A stretch of 64,000 nt of DNA from Bugula neritina (GCA_964035545.1 OZ037765.1:25853504-25917503), one strand, 5' to 3'; shown: positions 25,342 through 39,600, counted from the stretch's first letter. Translations and numbers: made by a program. Notes: generated from the sequence alone by a model not told the origin.

Positions 25342-26110
25342 AGGATTGCTCTATCTTGCCTAATAAATGGCCATTTAGGTCAAACACACATAATATTGTG
25401 TTTTTCTAAGCATGCATTGACAAAAAGCATTTGACCAAAGGTAGAAAAAGTTAGTTGAAGTTGAGGGTGTAGATTGGTAACAGCCAAAACGCCGATTTTG
25501 AAATGAGCTGGGAAATGTGACGTAACAGCGCCAGCATTCCTGCTGGTCACGTGACTATACAAATGAATAACTATAGAAATATGACTCTGAGATGTGATCT
25601 TTCAGCTCGAAATTTGTATATTTATAGAAGTGCAAATGTGAATTATCTCAATCTATAGTTTTTTGACATTTTAAATAACATGTATGTGATAACATTAGGC
25701 CATATTTTGCTTGTAAACATTAGAAAAAAGCATTGCAAAATCATACATTCTTTAGGATGAATGCCTGCGAGCGATCTAAACTAGGTCAGATTGTGCAATA
25801 TTACGGGCACACCAAAGCTGACCTATTTAGCGCGCTGTAACTGCTTGAGCGTTATTGGTTGATGTTGTGCTCAGCAACCTTGAATACTAGCGTTATAGTT
25901 AGCACGTGCAGCATAGTTACTGGCGTTCACATGTCACGTATTAGGCTATTCTTTTTCATGGCTGAAAATTTTACCTCCCTCAAAATTGGAATTTTGAAAA
26001 GCTGTTTTCTAGGCATATATCCCTTTGCAAAGTCACAATTGTTTGCATACACATTAGATTATAGTTCATAATTATAATGTGATTGTAATAAACTAAGATT
26101 GAGCAATCCT
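25342..26110. mobile_element. Kolobok-type non-autonomous DNA transposon, copy 2 (769 bp)
   Basis: TTAA TSDs at 25338-25341 and 26111-26114; same TIRs as, and nearly identical to, 14689-15456. Confidence 0.87.
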
Positions 26111-26503
26111 TTAAACTAAATATATAAATCAACACTTCATAATCACAATGATGATGATTATAGTTATCGTTATGATTATTTTTATGGGGTGCCATTTTTG
26201 TTGATTTAAAATTAAATTGTTGCAATTAATTTTATGCAACTAATTTTGCTCAAGGCTAGCTTTATGCCTGTAGTTATACTCACTGACTCAGGATACATTA
26301 TTAGTGATCACAGTTCATTACCAATTACTCTATTGCAATACTAAGACTTTGTCTTTAATGTGGGTCTCAATTTGAAAAATGAGCATGTTGAACATATAAC
26401 TTAAATTTCAATACTAACTTTTGTTGTTGTCATATTGGATACTCAGGGTTTACACTATATGTGCTAAGTACCTACTACAACACAAAGTAAGCGTGTTCTA
26501 AAC

Positions 26504-26608
<105 letters not shown>

Positions 26609-27199
26609 GATATAGGTGGGCCTATAATATATAATAATTATTTTATATGTATGTTGGTGATGTACTAACCGGTAGTATTGTTTACAGAAGTGTCTCCACT
26701 TCAGTTATATCTGATCAGGCCGACCTCTAGTGCATAAGAATGGAAAAGCAACTCTGGATCTAACCATCTGTTTGGCAACTGAGCCGAGGTAGGTGCAGTA
26801 ATGGATAAATTGAGAAAGCCTGTGTTCTAGATTTGAAAAGTAGCAAAAGAAGTTATGTTCCCGCAAGAATTTCAACCTGCCCCCCAAAATAAAATTTAGA
26901 AAGAAATTTAAAAAACTTAGGCTATCTCAATTTCTCCACTACTGCTTCTAAATGACTGCCCCGCTCTCATAACTCTGGTGCGTTTGATATTATCTGGGTC
27001 TTTCTCTAGTAATCACAAAATCTACTAGGTGGTTAGAAAAAAGATGCATCCAGTTGACCTTTTGCTGTTCCTTGTGCTTAAAAATAGTGTTGGTGATCAC
27101 CAATATGTTACTCGGAGCATAGTACCACCAGCTGGATTCTCACTAGCTTGAAAGTTTTTAACAATTCTCTACTTTTTAAAATCAAACCCGTTTGCTCAT

Positions 27200-27586
27200 T
27201 TTTGTGATTTTACTCAAGTTAGTACACACTTCATATGTCTAAGTTTTAGCTATCTTTCATAATTCAGCCGCTAATGTATGTTGTTTGTTTGCCCTAAACT
27301 AATAAAATATTGATAAATGCAACTAAATAAGGAAGGTTTTTCTAAATTAGCTTGATTTTCTATGTTTTTTTCATAATTTTTCTATAAATTGAAAAACCAT
27401 TATGGGGTGCACTTGTATTTTTAGCTTATATGACAATGGTGTTTCGCTTTAATATTGCAGAATCCTCTCCTAGCCTTTTTTTTGTGCATAGTTGGAATCA
27501 TCCCCTATAGCAAATTTTCATGAATTTTGAACAAATTTTAATATATGGTATAATTGTAGCTGTGTGCTAAATAAAGCAAAATGGCC
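27200..27586. mobile_element. Degenerate copy of a ~400-bp MITE family (relative of 34981-35390 and ~38240-38500)
   Basis: The end GTGTGCTAAATAAAGCAAAATGGCCC matches the TIR of the 34981 copy; shared internal block TAGCTYATATGACAATG...AAATTTTCATGAATTT(T/A)GAACAAA. Confidence 0.6.
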
Positions 27587-29471
27587 CATTAATATATAGA
27601 GTGACATTAATAAATTTCCAATGTTCTAAACATTTTTACATCGGTCCTCCTTTTGCAAATTTCATGATTCATAAGACCATTTTGAAAACACAATTTTAAT
27701 GCCTTTTGAAAGTACTGCCATAGGATGTGATTCTAGTTTAATGGCTTAGAAATTTCTTTATTTCATCTATAGGTTTTATTAGAAGGGTAGGTGAAGAAGT
27801 TGATTTGTTACAATGCTTGTCCTGGTATTTGCATTACAAAATGCCAAATTGACAAAAATTTACTTCAACTGATAAATAACTACTGTTTTTCTACTATGGT
27901 TTATAAAGGCACTCTAGACGAATTTGAAATAAAGATTACCAATGCTAATACTAAATACTTTAAAATTGAAGTATATCATTTATTTATCATCATGGCCATT
28001 GAAGAACTTCTACTACTAATAATAGTAATAAGACTAAATTCGCATTTATTTTACAAAAAGGACATTTAAAGACAATTTCAGTAGTATGTTTAGAACTCTT
28101 CGGCCACCAAGCTGTCTATGTGGCTCTCACTGAACTTTGTTGCTGCCATATGGCTTTAGGAAACCTTACTATTTTAAACTAGAAATCAATGGTAGAATCA
28201 CTAACGATGTGTTTCAAAAGAGATTAATGAAATCAATTTCCATGATAAATAAAGATTGTCCTGGTTAATGATACAAGCTCTCCGGGCAGCTCTAAGAAAT
28301 TCAATTACTTGTGTTGTAATTGAGAGTTTTGCATGAGGAGCAGATCCGAGGGTTAAATATGTTAACTAAGATTAATAATTAATTGCAGTTTGCTAGAAAG
28401 AAATAGTAGAAAACTGAAACAGCAGATTTTATAGTATTTCACATAGCTGTTTGTTACCTTTGCAAAATCACCACACAACATAACGTTTACATGTCAGTGG
28501 AAATATATAAAGCAGTACGTTATACTACAACCCTAGCCGTAAAGTTATGTTTATTTAGTTTGCCAATGCTAATGATTTTAGTTCAAATGTAGTTACTGCC
28601 ACTCTCTGTTTATTTCTTCAACAAAAACTCTTTAATAGGCGACATCTTCAATATGCGAGGTTGTTTTCTCTTTTACTGTTGCACTGCGTATATACAGATT
28701 GATAATTTTAGGTTAAAGTTGAAATATTCTTTCTTTTTACATTTGTAAAAGGTTAAGCTCATAAGTCAATATTTTCTAGAAGAGTTTTAAAATCTAGCCA
28801 CATACACATCATTTATTTTTACTCATTTCTACATTTCAACTATTACTCAAACTTGGTTCAACATTTATATTTACTTGACCATCTTGATGTGCTGGGGAAA
28901 TAACTAGCTTTTCTGTTAATAATTTTTTTAGAATGGAAAAAGGGAGCCATGTCAAAGTTTATGTAGTATAATCTAACTTTATATACAGCACCATAGAAGT
29001 TGTCCACTTTTGGCAATCAGCTAAAAGACAGAAAATCAATCAACTAATCATAGTGCTTTGAGTAAAATATTGTATACATGGAACGATTATATAAATATAT
29101 CTAGTGTCATCAGATTGGATGACTGCTTGTGTTGGAAACATTGGTTCTTTAAAATTGTACATCTTATATAGTTTTCAACTTTTTTCAACACTAATTGCAC
29201 CTCTTCTAACCATCTTCTTAAAGATTTAAAATGTTTATTAGTTTTTATGAAATAAAATTGATGTCTATTTTGATAGCCTCATCATGTTTGTCAGACCTTA
29301 AAATTGTTTTATGCATCCCCATCTCCTATTCAACTGTCCAACTCTCATGAGTTGAATTTAAATGCTTTTACTGGACCTTCCAGCGAATGTCAATATTGAA
29401 ATGGATAAAATGAAGGTTTGAATCTAACTAAATTCAGTACTGACTATTGTTATAATTTCCTCGAATTATAA

Positions 29472-29856
29472 TGTTTAGTGTGGGTTCAACTGCAACTGTA
29501 GTTTACTCGGCTTATACACCTAAACACAGGACAAGCAGTAGAAGATTATATTTAACACAATATATACAGGTGATGACAAATACATTTACACTAAGATACA
29601 CAAAACATATAAAACTACTCTCTTATTCAACATGTTACTCCGAACTGACTGACTATATATTAATATCAAAACTGTCCGGAAGCGTTCTGCCTCGCTGGGG
29701 GTAATCACGTGCCTAACAATGATTGGCCTCATTACACGTGGAGTTATCACGCTTCACTGGCCATCTTAATGGAAACACTTATTTCATATTGCTAAATTCT
29801 ATTAACCTTGAATTCTAGTGGTTGAAAACTGACAATTTTGTCTGACTATTCAAACA
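29472..29856 (-). mobile_element. Possible solo LTR in reverse orientation
   Basis: TGTTT...AAACA termini; minus-strand CCAAT, CACGTG and TATA motifs; TSD only imperfect. Confidence 0.4.
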
Positions 29857-30621
29857 ATATAATACTTTTTGATGATTTTTTGTTTTTTGATGTTCTAAAC
29901 AAACCATCTTCAATTTTATAAATACTAGTCTGCACATAATTTTTATGCATAAGATAGAATGCCAATACATTTTACTGAGTTTCCATGTGAATTTTTGTAA
30001 TGATATAATAATTTCTTTTAAATCTTTAGAGTCTAGACGGCTATATTATGTTTTATATGCTTGTAGTAATCCCAAGAAAACTGATTTGGCCAATTTAGAA
30101 ACTTCAAAACAGTGTTGACGAAGGAAGGAGTCATTATATATAACCAATTTACATGTGCCATCAAATGCTGAAAGCCTCATTTTCAAAATAATAGAGTGGT
30201 TAATTAGCATTTATCCATGTTGTACTTATTATTGCCTATGGCTATGTTATTGTATTATTTTGTTTACTCTAATAAACATAGTTTCAAATGGCTATTACAT
30301 AAAAAGTTGCTAAGCTTCTATCTGTCTGTTATTGAATTGTTGAACAGCCCAGCGCATAACTGCAGCTATTGTCTTTCTTTTATTGAATGTAATGAACCAG
30401 TATATCAAATGCTGTTAATCATTTATGCACTTCAGATATATTTCGAGTTCCAAATCAATATCTCATACTAACATATTCAGTTACTGTTCATTTCTCTGTC
30501 ATAGTTTTATTACATTAAGTTTTGCTATCTTTGGTTCTACTTTGGAAAAAGCGTTTCTGAACATTTGGTTAAAATAGGTGGATTATATGGCATGTGATGT
30601 ATTGTTTCTAGAACCAGAAAT

Positions 30622-33600
30622 ATGATGTGAGTATATTCTAATATTCTTACTTTTGCTTTTTAGGTGCCACTATTTGCAAGCACACCCTTATATCATCAGA
30701 ATTGGAAGTTGTGTAAATACTTGTGATTTTGCTGAGAATTATTTTTCATTGTGTAATTGTGCATTATGTTATTCAATTTCAAGCTTTGCACCACTCTCAC
30801 ATACCAATTGTATATCATTAGTTCATCGGGTTTTGGATATTTATTATTTTACTTTTATTAGTAAATAACACAAATCCATTGTTTATAAATAAACATTGTT
30901 GTGAATTATTTTAATCACTATATTTAAGCATATATACATATCTTAGAGAGTAGTTGTGTCATTTACCATAATTACAAGCTGGTCTTTTGTAATAAAATTA
31001 TTTTCCACCATGCTGCTTATATTTCTACTTCTTTGTACCTGTACCTATCCTTTGGTCGGGACGACCGTTGGGGCACCACTATTATTTATGTGGTGTGTCT
31101 TGGGCAAGTAAACTTGGCGGCGCCCATCCCTCTCCAAGTTTCGCAATAGGATGCTAGTAATCCTGACTTAACGCCAACCGTTGACTCTTAAGAGTTCTTC
31201 CGTTTGCCGTAGTGGTACCAAGCCGTTGACCCCAAGGATTCTTCTGCCAAAGTGACCATCCAATGCCTTGCTGCCGACATCTTCACCGTAACCCTGGCAG
31301 GGGAGCTAGTGGGGTTCCAACTTTGCTCAGGGGTATCCCAGGGTGCAATTTAACGTACCCAGGACTACTTCTTCAGTGTAATGTAATTCTTTGCAGTTCA
31401 TGGCTGATGCTTTGCTTTTAGATGTTTGGTGAATACAATCATATTGGTACTACTAGCTGCCCTACCCCAGAGCCATGCTGCTGTTTATGTATTCAGGTCT
31501 GAAACTGACAGCGGTTTCCGTGCTGGTTCTACAGATGTAACTGCTATTCTGTATATCGCTGTTACAGGTACATTGCCAGGTCTATACATTTTCCCTTTAC
31601 CTGCACTTTACAGTTTGTAGTCAAGATACTTCTGGATATATAAAGGCACCCATAAAATAATAAACTTTAGTTTGATAGTTTAAAGTCTCCACCTCCGGGA
31701 AACTCCTCATACCTGAAGTTGAGAGTTTTTCAGAGGGCTAAGGACTGTATCTCTAGCCAAGCTGTTAACTCGGGGCTATTCCCAATTTGCATGATAAACA
31801 TTTCATTGTATTTCTTACAGGAGGGAATGTCTCTCCACCCTGGAACGTTGAGCCGTTATTTTCCAAATCTGTTACTATCTTAACTGTGAGTGGTCCAGCA
31901 GGAAGCAGTGCAAGTGGTTCAGGGGGTAAGTTTTATCTTTTCACTTTCAAACTATTAGTAATCTCTTAGTAGCAAAATGGTGGGGTATGTAAAATTTTCG
32001 TATCATACAATAAAATGCTTGTAACTTTGTTGGAATGCAAGCTTTAAGGTTTAGACCAGTGGTTCCCAACCTTTTTCATACTATTCCCCCCTTTCATAGA
32101 TGTAGACTATTAATTTCCCCCCTTTCAAAAAGCGAAAAAAATTTATGACTGACAATGATAATATAGGATACAATGCAATGTATTTCATTATATTTAATTT
32201 GCATTTAATACAATTATCATAATATACTTATATTATCATCATTATTATGTTATAAAACACAGAGCAGTTCAATTATTAATGTTATGGCTGCAGTTGATGC
32301 TTTTGTGCCAGCTTGCTTACGCCTGGCTCCGTTTTTGACAACAGGCCCATCTTAAGTCACCCTGCAGTTTGAGACAGTTTCTCTTCACTTTGAATTGATG
32401 AGAATTACACCGCACACTGATAGGTGGTGTTGGATGGCACCAAAACTCTGCTTCGTCAGCTGTGTGTGTGGGTTGCTTGTTGAAACCCAGAATGATTTTA
32501 AGTAAAACTGGTGTATGTAAAGATGTCACAGGTAATAATGGCACAAATGGAAAAGTAGGTAAAAATGGCACACTGATGTTAAATTTTCCCAAACTCAACC
32601 CCTAAAGCCTCCACCCCAAACCCCTAACCCTTGGACCTTGGACCCCAAATCCCCACCTCCTAACTCAAACCTCTACCCTCAAATTCCATTTTTCAAAAAA
32701 TCTTCTGGGCATCTCTTTGAACTCTTAATGGAGTTTTAATGGTATTTCTCTGAGCTACCCCCTCAAAAAGAAAGAGCTAGATTCTTAACTTGACATGTGA
32801 CCCATTGCAACGCTTTGTTGAAACGGTTTCAGAGGAATTACATGAGGATTTTATTGAGTTGGTTCACAATTCAGCAAAAAAGAGTGATTTGAAATATTTT
32901 CCAATTGATGTATTATGGGTGGTGTCCAGTAAAAATGGCACAGGTAATAAAGGCACAAGTGAAAAATTAGGTAAAAATGGCACGTATTCAATATTAGGAT
33001 GGAAGGTTTGGAGGTTTGGGTTTGGGGAAAATTTCAACACCTAAAATCGAAACAGGTTCTTCTCTTATAAAAGTTCGTTGAGTGTGGGGAAAGACACCAT
33101 GTTTTTGAAAGAGGCGTCACCACTGTAGTGTAACTTTTAAAACATTGATGCTGCTATGAAAAGCAATGAAATGATGATTGCACTTCTGCATTTTTAGGTT
33201 CAGATTATTTAGTGTAGCAAATATATTTACAAGGTATGTAGTATACAATTCATATAGATTGACTTGCATAGCTGCTAAAAGTTGATCTGTTGAGTTTTGC
33301 AAATTTTTTGACCTCCATTCGAAAAAGCACAGAAAGCAGTTACTGTAGGGTAGAGTAGTTAATAAACACATTCATGTTGAAATAGACAGAGATTGCAGAA
33401 TATAGTTTGGTTAAATAATGAACTAAGATGGAGGTTTATAGATATATACATATACATGTAACTTGCAAGAGCTCAAAAAGCCTTCATAAAAATTTGTGAA
33501 TTTTTCAAACTTCAAATTCCCCCCTAAAATGTCCAAATTCCCCCCTAGGGGGGAATTCCCTCCAGGTTGGGAACCACTGGTTTAGACCAACATAACTAGA

Positions 33601-36600
33601 AAAAGAGGTGCAGTAATTGATAAATTGAAAAAAAGAACACCTTTTATGACAAATATTACATCAAGAAGTAATCTTTCAATAAGATTTTCACGCTGCTTCC
33701 TAAACCAAAATGAAAAAACTGAGCCATTGAGATTGCTCTGTTACTGCTCTTTAATACATTGCTCTCTTATATGATAGCTCATCTAGTTTACTTCAAGCTT
33801 ATTGTCTCAAGGGACACCCACATTAGTTCATCTTGTAAGCTTCTAAAACCAACTTCAAATTACTTTATCAGCTTCAGATCTGAATTACAGTTAATTATCT
33901 GAGCTTTCATTGTCGGCATTTTAAACATTTGTTTTAAAGCTTTTAATAATTAAAAATAACAATTGTGTATAGTATTGATAATATAGGCATTGGGGAAAGT
34001 TAAATTAAAAGTTTCATGCACTACCAAATCTGTACTGCAGCAGTGATTGAACAGAATGAATTTTAATTGGACAATTTGAGAATATCTTCATATTGTGTTA
34101 TTATTTCATGTTTAAATTGTCGTTTTACATTAGTTTTATACTATGCTATGTTTTATAGTCTTTGAATAAAGCAGTCAAATATAGGACTTCAGTGTTATAA
34201 TCAGTTATAGTTTAGGGAGGGTTATTGTACACGTTAACTTTAGTTTTTTTGTAATTACAGTTCATAGTCTGGCAGAATTGGGGGTTAGGTTCGCATTCTC
34301 GGATAAAGTTTTTTTCTCTCTTGATTATTTATCTTGAGGGTCCAGGTAAATGTTTTCAGGTGGGTGTGGACCTGCCACTCTTGAGCATTTCGAGAAATCC
34401 AAGATGGCCGCCAATTATGAAAAAATCGTAATCTAGTAGGCATAAAGTCTATATTATGTTGCAAAAATAAAATTTTTTTGATGATTCAAATAGATGTGCA
34501 TTTTTGGAATGAATATGTGCCATGCCAGTAAAAAAGAAATCAAAGTAAAGAGCCAAGAGACATGTTGCTCAGCTCAAAACTCGGAATTGCTTCAATAAAA
34601 CATCACATATGATACAGAGAAATGATACATGGATTTTGAATAATTGTTTGGACACAGGACAGATATATAAAGAAAAACATGGCTTATTGCCAGTGAATAG
34701 AAATTGAAAAAAGATACAGAGGCATATTGCTCAGCTAAACTTAAAATGGAATATATATAATATAATCATACAGATGCGACAAACTTTCGCTCATGTTCAT
34801 ATTAAACAACTTTCTCATTTTTTCATCATTAGCATTTGTTAGAAATGTTAGCTCATTGCAGCACACTCCTGTTACTGCTTCACAAGGGCAGAGCTCTGTG
34901 CATGGGATAGATGTACTAGAACAGCCATATGTCGTTGTTTTGCATGATTGTTGGCTTCCACTGGAGTATTTAATGAATTTGGACCATTTTATTTTATTTA
35001 GTACACATCAGCGGATTATGATCAAAAATTTTACAGTTTGTTCAAAATTCATGAAAACTTACTATATATGGGGTAATAGAATTTGCCGATTCTATCTATG
35101 CATAGCAAAAAAAGACTGGGAAGAAGTCCTGCAACATTTAAGCGCGGCGCATACAAGCTAAATATATAAATTTATGAACCATCACGGCCCATAAAATATC
35201 TCGATGTACTAATAAATTAGGAAAAGACATAGAAAATTATGCATAATTGGAAAAGCCTTAATTATTCAGTTTTATTTGTTAAAATCTTAGTAGTTTGAAG
35301 CAAAAATCTATATACAATAGCAGCTAAATTGTAAAAAAATTGCCAAAAACTAGAGTCATCGAGTGTACACCAAATTAAGTAAAATGATCCATTTCATAAC
35401 ACTCTCTGGTGTAAGCACAACATCATTTCCTACTCCTTTTGGGAAAAGAGATTCTGTTAGATCCCCTTTCACCCACCAATGTTCTAGTGGGTTTAATGCC
35501 GCAGTTTCATATGGCTACCTGGAGGTATGCTCTGGTGACATTTTCCAATAGCTTCATCTGTAGGAGGCAAAGTACATAAGTTAAAGACACATCACAAATA
35601 GCATTGCTGACTTTGGTTTCCCAAGCCTTTTGTCTTGTAGATGTCATCGAGGAGCACTTTGCATAGTTGTAGCAACATTGCATAAACTTGGTAGCTTGTA
35701 TGAATAGTCATCCTGAAAAGAAGCGCTAGTGTCACCAAATCACACTTTCCTTCTACCAAGACATTTAGTATGACTCCCTTTCTAATATTGTTTGTTTGGT
35801 TTATTTCATCAAAGGTATTTAATAACACAAGGACATTAGAAAATGCCAAGGAGGCGATGATGAGGCCCATTGCGCTATAGCCTAGCTAGTCATGCGCGGG
35901 CCAACACGAGCTGACAGCGACTCTATCCAGAAAAATACAAAAAAAATACAACTATTCTAACAGATAAAGCCTCAACTTCCTCCCAAATTCATTAGGGTTG
36001 CTAATTGACCGTAAAGGGATTGGCAGTTCATTCCATAGTGCCACCTCCTGATAACAGTTTCTTCTGTGACCTGCTGCTGTTTGAGAGTGAGGAAGGGGGA
36101 GATTTATGAATGATTGACGTGTATTGATAGAGTGAGTGGGAAAAAAATTGTCAGAGTAGAAAAAAGAATGAGCTTTCTTTAACACTTTAAAACGGTAAAT
36201 CTGGTATATTGAGAGAACTTTATGCTTAGTAAATAGAGGCGCTGATGGATGGTCAAACGGTTTTTTGTTCATGATACGCATTACCTTTTTTTACATTGTT
36301 GCCACTGTATCACACTTGAGAGGCCATGGGAAAGCAGCAAACTTCTCATTATAGGGCTTTGTCTCGGACTTTCTCACCTACGTAATACGCTGTGGTCCAG
36401 GATGGGTGGCGGTTTTGCAGGGCACCAAGTGCTATCAGAGAGTGTCATCTGATTTTGTCGTCAACATCTTCATCTGAGAGACCACATTTCAGTATGCCAT
36501 TCTTCACTGTATCCATCAACCGTCTCCCTCTATTTCTCTGTAACTTCATCTCAGCCACCATTATAATATCCTTCTCCCTATCTCTTTTGCGCACATGTCT

Positions 36601-39600
36601 ATATCATTGAGAAGGTCTCCTCCTCATGCCTATTGCGATGGCTTCTATTTTGGCCTCTTCATTTACATTATCATTTGTTACATGGTCTTCCAATTTATAT
36701 TGTAAACGTGTCGAAGCATCCTCATCTCAGTTGCACTTATCTTGTCCTCTTGTCTTTGAGTCAGTGGCCATATCTGATATCCATACGCCAATGTAGTTTT
36801 TATTGCTGTCTTGTATAACAGAACCTCTAGATTGGTGAGAATTTTCTTATCTTCTTATCCAGGATTGTTCTGAAAACTCAATTTCCACAGATTTTTTGAG
36901 AATTGACTTGGTCTTAGCTTCTCTTATTTCCTCTGCTTCCTTGAATGTAGAAGGTGGCAATGTTGCAAGTTTATGAGCCATTAAAGAGTACGCGTCCAAA
37001 TTCTTGGTCTGCTTAAGTGCAATGGCAAGGGCATATATGACTGCAGTATCATACACAGATGTATTAGAAACCTTAATATGCTTTTGAGATGATACCATTG
37101 TCTTCACTTTAGATGACAGGGATGTATTTAACCCCTCTGACCAGTTCACTTTAAATTCTTGTCTAGATGCTTTACATATAGCAAAAATATTTTTCAATAA
37201 TAACTGCTGAATAACTGATGACTTTCAATATTGACAAGAACAACATTCTTTGAGTGGGTCTTTGCAGAGTTCAATCTTCCTTTTGACAGACTCCCTGTCC
37301 TTTGAATCACATTGGATTCTTGATTGCATCTCATCCTTTTGAGTAGTGGAAGCATTTATTTCAGACTCATCTCTGATGTCACTGGGGCCTTACAGTATCT
37401 TGTTGCATGCAGAAGTGCTGTACACCCACACGTTGAGTTTCAGGCTTAGTGGTGATGCCAATGATTCCCCTTGCTGTGACCAAATCTCACGAAAGTCACC
37501 TCAATGGTCATGTCTGACCAGATGCCATCAAGCTGGCCGTGTTCATGATGCATTGTGTGGTTACCAGCCGCTAATTCAATCCTTACATCTTGTGGCATGA
37601 CCTTCATGCTATGCAGATAGTGCATTTCCTCTTCCATTGCTAGGTGCAAGGCCCAGTCTCCTCTATCAGCTATGATGTGGGTGTTGATGGTAAAAATTGG
37701 TCCAATAAAGCACATGACCCACAGATTTGCTGTTCTTGAGCTCTCTAAAATCTTAGTCAACATATTTTCCAGGTCCTACATGCTAATGATTACACTTTCA
37801 TCGAAGACTGGCTTTAACAGCTCTTCCACCACTATTCTCAGACCTCGTACATTCTGGGGAAACTTTTTCTATTTAGCATTTTGGGGAACCACCAAAAGTA
37901 GAATTAACTACTTCTATCAAATCAGTTTCAGCTATTAGTGTTCCAGTGCACTCAAAATAGGTCATTAAAAGAGGAGAAATTAATAGTAAACTTTCATGAA
38001 AGGGAATTGGTATGAAAAACGTAGGGAACCACTGTTCTAATAGATGTATTACTTCCTCAGCATGAAATAGATTCTTATTCATAAAAAAACTGTTTTCAGG
38101 TGCTTTTGAAGGAAAAGTCAAATGTGCTGATTGTATAAGTAGTTTTCGAAAGCAAAAGTGTCAATATTTAGATAAATTATGTGTCAATAATAAAGCAATT
38201 AAATTATGTTAAGAAGAAATGGTGTGGTGTTATTAAGGTTGTTGACTCCTTTTTCTAACTCTAAAAAACATAGCTAAGGTTTTAAAACTGAAAATAACAA
38301 TTAAATTGGCAGCTCAACAAACCTTTTTGATCGGCATGCTAGTTTGAAATAAATTGCCATTTAGCTCATATGACAATGACGTTGCATTTTAATTTTGCAG
38401 AACCCCTTTTAGCTTTATTTGGTGGACATATTTGTAATCAGCATAAAAAATTGCCCCGTACAGTAAATTTTCATGAATTTAGAACAAACTGATGCAGAGA
38501 TTCAAGGAAATTATAAACACAGCAAAGCTAGATTAAACTTTAAAAAATGAATGATTAAGGCTTTGGGTATCATTTGCCTATCACTCAATAATGCACATGA
38601 TAAAGGCACATGTATCTTCATTATATTAATTTCTAAAGATTTCAAAGCATTAGAACCTTAAATTTAGCCCCGATGGTTAGGTACATTTGAATTATAAAGA
38701 ATTGTCTGGTGCCTGGCGGCCATCTTGAATTTTTCGAAATGCTCAAGGGTGAGAAGTCCACACCCACCTGGAAACATTTACCTAGACCCTATATTTAAAT
38801 AATCAGGAGAGAAAAAAACTTTATCCGGGATTGCGAACCTAAGTAAAAAATTGGCATTTTTCTGCCAGACTATCACTATAAAGTAACCCAATATCCAGGA
38901 ATGTTGTAAGAAACTGTTTTTTCTATTATAAAATGATGCTTTAGAAGTAGTATGCTTCACCTAACCTCTTTTCTAGATTTTGATATAGGTTACTTATGAA
39001 AGCTTAATTTTCATTGTATGGAATATGCAGTATTTGTACTATAGTTTGTAATTTTAATGTTTTATGAGCTTTGATATAACATTCACAGCTGCTTTGGGTA
39101 TGGTTGTGGTATCAGTATCAATTACAATTACTAAAGTGCTCTTTTAGTGGAACTGATCTATTTTTAAACTTTATTATAATACCAATCAATATTTTATTGT
39201 TTTTTCATGCTCTACTTTCAGCACTTCATTTTACAGTAATATTTAAATCAAAAGTTATCCATTTAATTCCTGATTAAACAAATGAATTCTGATGCAATAA
39301 TAGTTATATAGTGTAATGAAGATAAGATGAATATTGCCGTTAGTAATCAGGTGTTGTATCATTTTCAGGTACAATAACTGAAACTGCTCTAACTGTAACT
39401 GGTGGCCAGATATATACTTATGAGGTGATATATTCATTCTCCGGTAACACTGCCACTACATATGATGGAGTATCCCTATCTTCTAACTTCGATCATGTTA
39501 AAGTTCCAACTGTTGCTCAAGATGGAGTGCTAGAAGCCCAAGATATTACAGCTACTTCCATTACAACCACGCCAACTACAACTACTACGACCATGCCAAC

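Larger units (their letters stand above)
34265..38872 (-). mobile_element. Academ DNA transposon (degenerate transposase), 4.6 kb, with nested insertions
   Basis: TAGTCTGGCAGA termini with >140-bp imperfect TIRs; 3-bp TSD TCA. Relics SRTANLWV.C.I.P...RGDWALHL, GIWSDMTIEVTFVRFGH, LATLPPSTF...KTKSILK and a C-terminal Cys cluster. Confidence 0.9.

Noticed and set aside
28653-28711. Alternative first coding exon for the lectin-like gene (MRGCFLFYCC...)
   Set aside because: Phase fits, but the donor is weaker and the signal peptide poorer than with the 30622 ATG-AT|GTGAGT exon; not fully excluded.
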